A stretch of 64,000 nt of DNA from Enterococcus sulfureus ATCC 49903 (GTDB lineage Bacteria; Bacillota; Bacilli; Lactobacillales; Enterococcaceae). The stretch spans positions 563,227 through 627,226 of the forward strand of contig NZ_ASWO01000005.1 in assembly GCF_000407605.1 (NCBI RefSeq), given 5' to 3'. Of this stretch, positions 8,994 to 17,257 are shown in pieces; position 1 is the stretch's first letter, and the number at the start of each line of letters is the position of its first letter. Under the pieces are notes generated by a model. It saw only the letters and a program-made list of their open reading frames with translations. It was not told the DNA's origin and did no database searches. A program made the translations under genes and the position numbers.

Positions 8994-10148
8994 TCAAGCT
9001 TGTTCGTAGCGTTTCGTTCCATCTAAGTAAGTCGCGACTAAATTCATTTGTGCATCCAGTACGATAAAATCTGCAGCACGGCCTGTTTTGATCATGCCAC
9101 ATACATCATCGATCTTACAACTTACAGCTGGGACGTAAGAGGCCATCATCACTGCTTCTTCGGGAGTTGCCAGATTCCAATCTACCACATGTTGGATCGC
9201 TTCTTTTAGCTTTAAGATACTTCCAGCTAAATTACCACTTTCTAAACGAACAGTTCCATCTTTTACGACAACTGGAAATTCACCTAGTTCATACGCACCT
9301 TCTGGCATTCCACCTGCCATCATACAATCTGTGATCAAGGCGATATGTTCTGCCCCAACTTTATCGATCAATAGCCCACAAGCTTGTGGATGTACATGAT
9401 GGCCATCACAAATCAACTCTGAAAAAACATGATCTAATTGCATCAAAGCACCTACCATGCCTGGTTCACGGTGATTCAAACCTCGCATCCCATTAAATGC
9501 ATGGACAAAAACACTCGCTCCGGCATCTACGGCTGTTTTGGCTTGGTCAAACGTCGCATCACTATGGCCTAACGCCACAACCACACCTTGATCTGTAACA
9601 GTTTCAACAAATGAAGCCACTCCTTGACGTTCTGGCGCAAGTGCAATTTTTTTGATCAGTCCATTTGCCGCCTGTTGCCATTTTTCAAATGTTTCAATAC
9701 TTGGATCATTGAAGTAGGCTGGATTTTGCGCCCCTTTATGCACTTCATCAAAAAATGGTCCTTCAAAATAAATACCTGCGATCTTCGCTCCGGTCACTTC
9801 ATCTTTTGCTTTTGCAATCGTTGCTGCAACTCGGGTCAAGTGTTCCTCGCTTGAAGTCAGCGTCGTTGGTAAAAAGCTCGTCACGCCACATTCTAGCAAG
9901 GCTTCAGACATCACACCTAATCCTTCTAGATCATCATCCATCACGTCATGATTTTTATATCCATGAATGTGTGTATCGACTAATCCAGGGGCAATCATAT
10001 AGCCAGTATAATCTTCAATCGTTACTTCTTGTGTCTGGTCGATCTCTTTAAAAAACGAACCAAACGTTCCTTCATTGATTTCTAAATAACCTGGTCCTTT
10101 TGTTCCTGAGGGATAAAAAAATTTGTCTGCATAAATGTACTTTTTCAC
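8994..10148 (-). CDS. nagA: N-acetylglucosamine-6-phosphate deacetylase
   Basis: Amidohydrolase motifs GLVDTHIHG and HAFNGM. Start probably the GTG giving MKKYIY (RBS AAAGGAG), 9 nt inside the ORF-track start. Confidence 0.85.
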   Translation of the reverse strand: MKKYIYADKFFYPSGTKGPGYLEINEGTFGSFFKEIDQTQEVTIEDYTGYMIAPGLVDTHIHGYKNHDVMDDDLEGLGVMSEALLECGVTSFLPTTLTSSEEHLTRVAATIAKAKDEVTGAKIAGIYFEGPFFDEVHKGAQNPAYFNDPSIETFEKWQQAANGLIKKIALAPERQGVASFVETVTDQGVVVALGHSDATFDQAKTAVDAGASVFVHAFNGMRGLNHREPGMVGALMQLDHVFSELICDGHHVHPQACGLLIDKVGAEHIALITDCMMAGGMPEGAYELGEFPVVVKDGTVRLESGNLAGSILKLKEAIQHVVDWNLATPEEAVMMASYVPAVSCKIDDVCGMIKTGRAADFIVLDAQMNLVATYLDGTKRYEQA

Positions 10149-10206
10149 GAATGCCACTCCTTTTTTGTATACTACACCTTAAAAATACTCCCTTTTCATT
10201 CAAAAA

Positions 10207-11061
10207 TCAAGAAAGGTCTACACCATTTTCATAATTTGTTAATGTCTTGATCGAATCCGCGGTCTTTCTCATCCATTGAGATTTATCGATGTTTCCGATT
10301 TTTTCATGTGCTTGACTCGCAACATGAAGCAAATCTTCAATATAATAATAACTCAGACGATCTAAAGACCATTTCACGCCTTGAATAGCCACTGCGATAC
10401 TTTTTTCATATTGCATTTGTGCACATAAAAAACGTGCATAATGATAAAAAACTTTTGTCACTTCAAATGTCGATTGTTCAATAGGCAGTTCAACAGCGAG
10501 TTTGACACTACGCTCTAACCGCTTTTCTGCTTGTAAGAAACGATTCGTATCTGCGTAAATCCGCCCAATAAAGCCAATGATTTGCACTTCAATAGAAGAA
10601 AAATGATCTTTTTTATTCTCAGAATACGTATACGATAAACCATGTCTGAGCCCCTGAATGGCTGTTTCTGGACGATTCTTAACAAAATACTCTACGATCC
10701 CTAAATGATAAAAATATAATTGCAAGTCTGTATCTAAATACAGACGATCTAGAATTTCAGTTTCATCCAACATTTGATCCATTTCATGATATTTTTTATG
10801 GATCAAGAGTTTATTTAGTGTCACAAAAAATTGCTGCACTTCTAAAATTTGCGAAAAATTAGTATACATCAACTGATCCATTGTAATCGCCAATCGTACA
10901 CAAAGTTGCTGCAATACAGAAACATTGGGTATCTCTAGGTTATTTTCGATTCGACTCAACACACTTTGGGAACAAACGCCTTGTGCGAGCATTTTTTGCG
11001 TCATTTTTTTCGACTTTCTAATTTGCTTGATTTTGTCTCCTAAACATTCTTGTACAGACAA
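10207..11061 (-). CDS. Rgg/MutR-family (RNPP-like) transcriptional regulator with N-terminal XRE HTH
   Basis: N-terminal LGDKIKQIRKSKKMTQKMLAQGVCSQSVLSRIENN is an XRE HTH, followed by a ~220 aa helical-repeat domain. TTG start with RBS AGGAGG. Confidence 0.75.
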   Translation of the reverse strand: MSVQECLGDKIKQIRKSKKMTQKMLAQGVCSQSVLSRIENNLEIPNVSVLQQLCVRLAITMDQLMYTNFSQILEVQQFFVTLNKLLIHKKYHEMDQMLDETEILDRLYLDTDLQLYFYHLGIVEYFVKNRPETAIQGLRHGLSYTYSENKKDHFSSIEVQIIGFIGRIYADTNRFLQAEKRLERSVKLAVELPIEQSTFEVTKVFYHYARFLCAQMQYEKSIAVAIQGVKWSLDRLSYYYIEDLLHVASQAHEKIGNIDKSQWMRKTADSIKTLTNYENGVDLS

Positions 11062-11076
11062 AGACTCGGCCTCCTT

Positions 11077-11099
11077 AAAATATGCGAATTCGCATTTTA
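11077..11099. promoter_or_regulatory. palindromic operator-like box in the rgg/ykvS-like divergent region
   Basis: AAAATATGCGAATTCGCATTTTA has a perfect 14-bp palindrome core ATGCGAATTCGCAT. It sits 7 bp upstream of the rgg RBS and overlaps the -35 region of the divergent small gene. Confidence 0.4.
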
Positions 11100-11195
11100 T
11101 CTTTTTGAGTTTTTAGCTCATAATAGCAAAAAAGAAAGCGTATCATTTTTTAAGATTCAATTATCCTATTATATGATGAAGGAAGTGTAATTTTT

Positions 11196-11378
11196 ATGGA
11201 AAATCAAGTTCAAATCGCATTTACCTGGGAAAACGAAACGTTTCAAGGACTCATCGAAAAAGAATATGAAAATTCATATTTGATCCATGTACAAAATCCT
11301 AATGATGAATTAGTGGAAAAATATAATGGACGGATTGTAATCAGCAAGAAGAAATGTATAACAGATATTCTTTTATAA
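11196..11378 (+). CDS. small protein, YkvS-like (DUF2187-type), 60 aa
   Basis: RBS GAAGGAAG. ...ENSYLIHV...GRIVISKKK resembles the YkvS family. An intrinsic terminator follows immediately. Confidence 0.55.
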   Translation: MENQVQIAFTWENETFQGLIEKEYENSYLIHVQNPNDELVEKYNGRIVISKKKCITDILL

Positions 11379-11385
11379 TGCAGAG

Positions 11386-11417
11386 AAAAAGTGGTTCGGG
11401 GGAACCACTTTTTTTCT
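11386..11417. terminator. bidirectional intrinsic terminator
   Basis: AAAAAGTGGTTCGGGGGAACCACTTTTTTT lies between the convergent small gene and the aminotransferase. Confidence 0.7.
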
Positions 11418-12641
11418 TTACTTTTGCTGATAAGTGGATAAAAATTGACGGAGTGCATGGGCGGTTGTTTTTAAATCGTCCATATTTGGTAAGTAGACCA
11501 ATCTAAAGTGATCTGGAGATTGCCAGTTAAACCCTCCACCATGAACCAATAAAATCTTATGTTCATGTAAGAAGTCTAATACAAATTGTTCGTCATTATG
11601 AATATTAAATCGCTTAATATCCATCTTAGGAAACATATAAAAAGCAGCCTTCGGTTTGACAGCGGATAAACCAGGGATATCGTTGATTGCTTGATAAATG
11701 TATTCACGTTGCTCATAGATTCGACCGCCAGGAAGTAAGAGTTCATCGACACTTTGGTAACCACCTAAAGCTGTTTGTACGATCTGTTGAGACAATACAT
11801 TTGAACACAAGCGCATCGAAGATAACATATTTAGCCCTTCGATATAGTCTTTTACTCTAGATTTGTCTCCACTTAAGACCATCCAGCCTACGCGAAATCC
11901 TGCTACGCGATGAGATTTAGATAATCCACTAAACGTCACCACGAAGCGATCTGGCGCTAACGTTGCAATCGGAACATGTTGATGGCCATCCATAACTAAA
12001 CGATCGTAAATCTCATCTGAAAAAATAATCAAATCAAATTCGCGAGCAACTGTGATGATTTGTTCTAAAATCTCTTTAGGATAAACTGCTCCTGTCGGAT
12101 TATTAGGATTGATCAATACAATCGCTTTCGTTTTAGAAGTTACTTTAGCCCGAATATCGGCTATATCTGGATACCATTCACTTTCTTCATCACAAATGTA
12201 ATGAACCGGTTTTCCACCCGCTAATGATACTGAAGCTGTCCATAATGGATAATCTGGCATCGGAACCAATACTTCATCGCCATCGTTACATAGCCCTTGC
12301 ATGCTCATTGTGATCAACTCACTGACTCCGTTGCCGATATAGATATCATTGATCGATACATTCGGGAATTTTTGCAATTGATAATACTGTTCAATGGCTT
12401 TTCGCGCAGAAAAAATCCCTTTGGAATCCGAATATCCTTCTGAAGCTCTGACATTCATAATCAAATCGCGTACGATTTCATTTGGTGCCTCAAAGCCAAA
12501 CGGCGCTGGATTTCCTGTATTTAATTTTAAAATACTAATGCCCTCTTCTTGCATGCGGTCCGCTTCATCTAAAACCGGCCCACGCACGTCATAGCTGACA
12601 CCTTCTAATTTTGTAGACTTCTCAAATTTTCTCATAAACAT
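11418..12641 (-). CDS. class I/II pyridoxal-phosphate aminotransferase (alanine/aspartate aminotransferase-like)
   Basis: 407 aa; NPNNPTGAVY and the SGLSKSHRVAGFRVGW PLP-lysine region. Confidence 0.85.
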   Translation of the reverse strand: MFMRKFEKSTKLEGVSYDVRGPVLDEADRMQEEGISILKLNTGNPAPFGFEAPNEIVRDLIMNVRASEGYSDSKGIFSARKAIEQYYQLQKFPNVSINDIYIGNGVSELITMSMQGLCNDGDEVLVPMPDYPLWTASVSLAGGKPVHYICDEESEWYPDIADIRAKVTSKTKAIVLINPNNPTGAVYPKEILEQIITVAREFDLIIFSDEIYDRLVMDGHQHVPIATLAPDRFVVTFSGLSKSHRVAGFRVGWMVLSGDKSRVKDYIEGLNMLSSMRLCSNVLSQQIVQTALGGYQSVDELLLPGGRIYEQREYIYQAINDIPGLSAVKPKAAFYMFPKMDIKRFNIHNDEQFVLDFLHEHKILLVHGGGFNWQSPDHFRLVYLPNMDDLKTTAHALRQFLSTYQQK

Positions 12642-12769
12642 CCTCTTTTCAAAAAAGAACTAGTTTTCTTAAACTTTAAGTCATTTGAAATGAAATTGCA
12701 ATTTTAATTTTTAGAATTTACAAACTTTTTAGTTTCTGGCTTTTTTTCTGGTAACCTTATCAAAAAAGA

Positions 12770-12798
12770 TTGACAAAATCTTAAGAAATCGCTAAAAT
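12770..12798 (+). promoter_or_regulatory. near-consensus sigma-A promoter for tRNA-Leu
   Basis: TTGACA, 17-nt spacer, TAAAAT, about 20 nt upstream of the mature tRNA 5' end. Confidence 0.5.
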
Positions 12799-12818
12799 TT
12801 TTCTTGTATCCTTTTTTT

Positions 12819-12900
12819 GCGGATGTGGCGGAATTGGCAGACGCGTACGCTTGAGGGGCGTATGGCTTCGGTCGTGTGGGTTCGAGTCCCATCGTCCGCA
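12819..12900 (+). tRNA. tRNA-Leu (anticodon GAG), class II with long variable arm
   Basis: Acceptor GCGGATG/CGTCCGC. Anticodon stem TACGC/GCGTA with loop TTGAGGG. T-loop GGTTCGAGTCC. No encoded CCA. Confidence 0.85.
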
Positions 12901-12901
12901 T

Positions 12902-12935
12902 GAACTAGTTGGCTTAGCTGACTAGTTTTTTCTTT
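12902..12935 (+). terminator. tRNA terminator
   Basis: AACTAGT TGGCTTAGCTG ACTAGTT followed by TTTTTCTTTT. Confidence 0.6.
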
Positions 12936-13051
12936 TATCTTTTTGTGCTTTTTTTCACTTTTTTAAGGAAATTTAGATGAAACTTTGCTAAAATAGAACT
13001 ATCTAGTAACAGTAAAAAAGAACCTAAATGGAAATGAAATGAGGAGAATTT

Positions 13052-13687
13052 ATGACAATTAGTGGAATCATTTTAATCATTATTGGCATTATCGGCTTTT
13101 TTATTTTACAAAAAAATGGAACAGGTATAAAAATCATTACAGGCATACTCACCTTGATCGGAGTAGTTTTGTTGGTTATCGGATTGACGACAACAAGTTC
13201 TGAAAAAACGACAACAAGTTCTGAAAAAACAAATACTTCTTCGACGGCAGAATTAAAAAATTCTAAAGAAGATCAAGTAAAAAATGAAGATAAACTAAAA
13301 GAAACTGTTAGACTAGATGATATCGAATTAACAGATGAACAAGAAGATGCGAAAAAAGAGGATAAAACCTCGTATGATGACAAAACAAATTATGAAGAGT
13401 TGACGCAAACACCTAAAAAATATGAGGGTCAAAAAATCACGTTAACGGGTGAAGTCATTCAAACGATCGAAGATGATGAAAAAGTACAATATCGTTTAGC
13501 AGTGGATGGTGATTACGACAAAATGATTTTATTAGAAATCAAAAAATCAGAAGTCTCTACACCAGTTGCAGAAGAAGACAATGTCACTGTCTATGGAACA
13601 TTTTTAGGAATGGTTTCGTATGACTCTACCTTGGGTGAAAAAATTTCAATTCCGGCAATGCATGTTCATATGTTGACAAAAAATTAA
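13052..13687 (+). CDS. membrane-anchored protein (2 TM) with extracytoplasmic K/E-rich linker and C-terminal beta-rich domain; unknown function
   Basis: RBS GAGGAG. Upstream extended -10 TGCTAAAAT. Contains the TTTSSEKT x2 repeat. C-terminal domain YEGQKITLTGEVIQ...VTVYGTFLG. Confidence 0.6.
   Translation: MTISGIILIIIGIIGFFILQKNGTGIKIITGILTLIGVVLLVIGLTTTSSEKTTTSSEKTNTSSTAELKNSKEDQVKNEDKLKETVRLDDIELTDEQEDAKKEDKTSYDDKTNYEELTQTPKKYEGQKITLTGEVIQTIEDDEKVQYRLAVDGDYDKMILLEIKKSEVSTPVAEEDNVTVYGTFLGMVSYDSTLGEKISIPAMHVHMLTKN
13187..13228 (+). repeat. perfect 21-bp tandem duplication inside the CDS (encodes TTSSEKT x2)
   Basis: acgacaacaagttctgaaaaa occurs twice in tandem. Confidence 0.8.
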
Positions 13688-13727
13688 AAAAGAGGCTGTG
13701 ACAGACGTCTGTCACAACCTTTTTTTA
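13688..13727. terminator. bidirectional terminator between convergent genes
   Basis: AAAAAAGAGGCTGTGACAGACGTCTGTCACAACCTTTTTTT. Confidence 0.6.
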
Positions 13728-13728
13728 T

Positions 13729-14496
13729 TTATTCAAAATGACGATCAGAATTTTGTTCGCTTTGTCCTTCTGCAATCATTCCTGATAATTTGCGATCTAA
13801 GACGGGTTTTTTCTTATCTTTAGACTTGATTGCTGCCTTATACTGCCCTCTTGTCATCGCGACGGTCTCTTGTTTATTAAACCTTTTTACAACTTTATCC
13901 TCTGGTTTTTTTTCTACGTAGTCTGCATCCTCTTCAAACAAAAGATAATGCTCGTCACTTTTTTTCAATCCAGCCAATAATGCATCTGTCTCTGCTTCTT
14001 CTTTTGGACGATCAGGAATCAAAGACTCTGGTGTAAACGTCGGGACAAACGGTGTTTTAGCTTCCGTTTCTGCTACGATCGGTTCTTTCTTGACTGTTTC
14101 TACTTTGGGAACTACTTGACGCGTATAACTGCCAAATAACTTTACTTTACCGGTTTTAGTTTCTTCACGTACTGGTTTTTTTCCGTAATCCGGCAATTGC
14201 TCTCGATGTTTTTTTAATTCATCTTGTTGTGCTAGACTATGCCCATATCGTTTGGCTAAAGATTTTGGAACATGAGTTGTTCTTCTTCGTGCACGCAACT
14301 GTTCACTTTCTGTAAAATCTACTGAAGTCGGTGTAGTCGCTTCTGCAGCTGAAGTTGGCGGCAAATCCGTTAAAATCCATGGCTCTGTGGATGTAAATGG
14401 TTTACGGGTTGCATTTGGTTGTAACTTTACACCATCTGTATCAGAAAACGCTGGAAAGCGCGCATATTTACGGTTGATTTCTGAAATCTCTACCAT
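13729..14496 (-). CDS. hypothetical protein, predicted largely disordered, K/E/P/T-rich (255 aa)
   Basis: Long ORF with coding periodicity and low-complexity composition. No TM segment or motif recognised. Confidence 0.55.
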   Translation of the reverse strand: MVEISEINRKYARFPAFSDTDGVKLQPNATRKPFTSTEPWILTDLPPTSAAEATTPTSVDFTESEQLRARRRTTHVPKSLAKRYGHSLAQQDELKKHREQLPDYGKKPVREETKTGKVKLFGSYTRQVVPKVETVKKEPIVAETEAKTPFVPTFTPESLIPDRPKEEAETDALLAGLKKSDEHYLLFEEDADYVEKKPEDKVVKRFNKQETVAMTRGQYKAAIKSKDKKKPVLDRKLSGMIAEGQSEQNSDRHFE

Positions 14497-14559
14497 CTAG
14501 TTCCCTTCTTTCTAAATCATACATTCTGTTGTTATCTTAACATAAACTACTTTATGCGG

Positions 14560-15396
14560 CTAATGGTTTTCTACCGTCTCTTGTGACTTTAGTACGATGA
14601 ATGGCTCTAATGTACTTTGTTTCAACGCATTAGCCAATACTTGTCCTTGGATTATAGGCGATAGTTGTTGAAACTCTTTATAAAAACGCTGTGCTCCATC
14701 AGATAATGGATCTTGATCGACTTGATAGATCGCATGTTCAGAAAATAAAGAAGTTTGTTTAGCTGCCGTTAAAAAAATCGACGGACGAAGGATTCGTTGT
14801 CGCGCCTTTTTTTCTAGAATGACCTGGATTTGATCTAAAAAATATTCTGGGTCTACATCTCCAATCAATTGTTCTAACGATTCATACTGCTGAAGCTGAA
14901 GTTGCTGACGCATCGCTAAAAAGTAATGGGGCAATGTCATCGGCCAAGCTGTAGCAGCATATGCACTTAAAGAGAGCTGTGTGCTGTTTATCGTCGCAGG
15001 ATAGCAGTATATGAATTCTGATGGTACGATTTCCATTACTTTTTGTTGCTCAAACTCTTGCGTACAGTAATAAAGAAGTCGTTTTGCTTCGTATGACTGT
15101 AAATAAGAAAGTAGTGTAGTACACATTTCTTGAACGATAGTTTGATCACGTGTTGCGTCATAAAGAAAACGCGTAGAAAAGTAACGTCGTTCATGACGAC
15201 AAATCCATCCCAAATTGATGAGTTTTTCTAATTTTCGTTCTACTTTTATCGTTGGGAATTCTTGTTTCAACTGACGAAGCGTAGGTGGCGTGTAGGTAGC
15301 TAAATAGTCGATCAGTTTTTGATAAAATCCATCTTGTAACGCTTGTTCTTCTTGTTTCGTTACATTTGCATATAGTATATTCATTTCGACCTCCAA
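14560..15396 (-). CDS. conserved hypothetical protein (278 aa), Q/L-rich helical
   Basis: Lies downstream of ppaC in the same orientation. No catalytic motif recognised. Confidence 0.6.
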   Translation of the reverse strand: MEVEMNILYANVTKQEEQALQDGFYQKLIDYLATYTPPTLRQLKQEFPTIKVERKLEKLINLGWICRHERRYFSTRFLYDATRDQTIVQEMCTTLLSYLQSYEAKRLLYYCTQEFEQQKVMEIVPSEFIYCYPATINSTQLSLSAYAATAWPMTLPHYFLAMRQQLQLQQYESLEQLIGDVDPEYFLDQIQVILEKKARQRILRPSIFLTAAKQTSLFSEHAIYQVDQDPLSDGAQRFYKEFQQLSPIIQGQVLANALKQSTLEPFIVLKSQETVENH

Positions 15397-15437
15397 AAAA
15401 AAGACGCTCTTAGATTGCTCTAAAAGCGCCTTTATGC

Positions 15438-16364
15438 TTATTGAAACGCTGCAGTCAATTGTGGCACAACTTGTTTTTTACGTGAAACCACGCCTGGTAA
15501 GAACGCACGATTATTTTCTAAAGTAACAGAAAAGGCTTTTTCTACTGGTGTCGTTACATCACCCACAACTAGAATTTCTGAATTGTTTTCTAAAATATCA
15601 GTCACGACTAAGACAAACAAATCAAACCCTTGCTCTTCGTTCATCACTGCCATGGTTTTTTCTAATTCTACTTGACGTTCAAACAGTTCATTAATGTCTA
15701 CTGTATTCACTTGAGCGATACGAACGGTTTTATCGCCCATTGGAAAACTTTTCGCATCTAGATCCACTAATACTTCGACTGTTTTATCTGCTAAATTAGT
15801 CCCTGCTTTTAATAAATCTAATCCATATTGTTCTAAATCAACGTTAGCTAATCCAGCTAACTCTTGTGCAGCTGCAATGTCTTCTTTTGTACAAGTTGGT
15901 GATTTTAATAAAAGTGTATCTGAGATAATCGCAGATAGCATCATTCCTGCAATCTCTTTTGGGATCACAATTTGATTTTCTTTGTATAGTTTCAATACGA
16001 TCGTACTCGTACATCCAACTGGTTCTGCACGATAATACAATGGATTTGCCGTTTCAAAATTAGCAATACGATGATGATCCACAACAGCTAGGATATTTAC
16101 TTCTTGAATATCTGCGACACTTTGTTGGAATTCATTATGGTCAACTAACATTACGTTTTCCACTTCATTTGCTACCGTTTCAATGACACGTGGTGCTGTT
16201 AAACCAAAGGTATCTAACGCAAACTGTGTTTCTTCATTTGGTGTACCTAACGCTACAGCTTCTGCTTCATGACCTAATTGATTTTGTAAATGTGCAAAGG
16301 CAATCGCTGCGCCAATTGCATCTGTATCGGGATTTTGATGTCCGAAGACTAAACTTTTTGACAT
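15438..16364 (-). CDS. ppaC: manganese-dependent inorganic pyrophosphatase (DHH family II)
   Basis: [23 protein letters not shown] and a DHH motif (VVDHHR). Confidence 0.9.
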   Translation of the reverse strand: MSKSLVFGHQNPDTDAIGAAIAFAHLQNQLGHEAEAVALGTPNEETQFALDTFGLTAPRVIETVANEVENVMLVDHNEFQQSVADIQEVNILAVVDHHRIANFETANPLYYRAEPVGCTSTIVLKLYKENQIVIPKEIAGMMLSAIISDTLLLKSPTCTKEDIAAAQELAGLANVDLEQYGLDLLKAGTNLADKTVEVLVDLDAKSFPMGDKTVRIAQVNTVDINELFERQVELEKTMAVMNEEQGFDLFVLVVTDILENNSEILVVGDVTTPVEKAFSVTLENNRAFLPGVVSRKKQVVPQLTAAFQ

Positions 16365-16403
16365 GTAATTCGCTCCTTTAGTTGAGTTTCCGATTCTATC
16401 ATA

Positions 16404-16446
16404 GCAAAAAAAACGAGATAAGAAAATAACAAATTTCTTATCTCGT
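16404..16446 (-). terminator. intrinsic terminator after pflA
   Basis: ACGAGATAAGAAA...TTCTTATCTCGT followed by T7 on the minus strand. Confidence 0.6.
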
Positions 16447-16451
16447 TTGAT

Positions 16452-17219
16452 TTATCTTGTTTGATACCCCGTATAGTCTGCGACATGTAACAATTCTTTT
16501 GCATTTTCGACCCGATCGTTTGTCGGTGGTTCGATTCCTTCTAAAGGATAAGTCAATCCTAATTCGTCCCACTTGAATTTCCCCATCGTATGATAAGGTA
16601 AAATTTCAACTTTATCGACATTTCGAAGTGTTTTGATAAAGGCATCCAAACGAATCAAAAACTCATCATAGTCACTTCTAAATGGAACCAATACGTGACG
16701 AATCCAAACCGGCTGATTGATTTCAGATAAATAACGTGCCATGTCTAAAATATTTTCATTGGATTGCGTCGTCAATTGTTTATGCGCCTCGTTATCGATT
16801 TGTTTAATATCAAATAAAATCAAATCTGTATATTCCATTAGTTGCGTAAATTTACTAAAGAATGGTTCTTCTCTCGTAAATGGTTTTCCACACGTATCTA
16901 GCGTCGTATGAATTCCTAACGCTTTTGCTTTTTTGAATAATTCAATCAAAAAGTCGACTTGTAATAATGGTTCACCACCACTAACGGTAATCCCACCATC
17001 TTCGCCCCAATACGCACGGTATTTCAACGCCTCTTCTAATAGCTCATCTGCAGTGTATTCTTTTGCCGTTTTGGCTCCGATTTTCCACGTATCCGGATTA
17101 TGACAGAATTGACAACGCATCCGGCAACCTTGTGTGAAGATGACAAACCGAACTCCTGGGCCGTCGACGGTACCAAAATTTTCTGTTGAATGTATACTTC
17201 CCTTGATTGCCTGATCCAT
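16452..17219 (-). CDS. pflA: pyruvate formate-lyase activating enzyme (radical SAM)
   Basis: CRMRCQFCHNP radical-SAM cysteine cluster. Adjacent to pflB. Confidence 0.9.
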   Translation of the reverse strand: MDQAIKGSIHSTENFGTVDGPGVRFVIFTQGCRMRCQFCHNPDTWKIGAKTAKEYTADELLEEALKYRAYWGEDGGITVSGGEPLLQVDFLIELFKKAKALGIHTTLDTCGKPFTREEPFFSKFTQLMEYTDLILFDIKQIDNEAHKQLTTQSNENILDMARYLSEINQPVWIRHVLVPFRSDYDEFLIRLDAFIKTLRNVDKVEILPYHTMGKFKWDELGLTYPLEGIEPPTNDRVENAKELLHVADYTGYQTR

Positions 17220-17257
17220 TGCAATTCCTCTTTTCTTTCGCGTTAAACGCGTAATTT

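Noticed and set aside
11062-11195. Search for a short hydrophobic peptide (SHP) gene beside rgg
   Set aside because: The only ORFs present are MRIRILSF (8 aa, no RBS) and MMKEV (5 aa). The 63-aa ORF 10925..11116 is antisense to the rgg start. None has SHP-like features.
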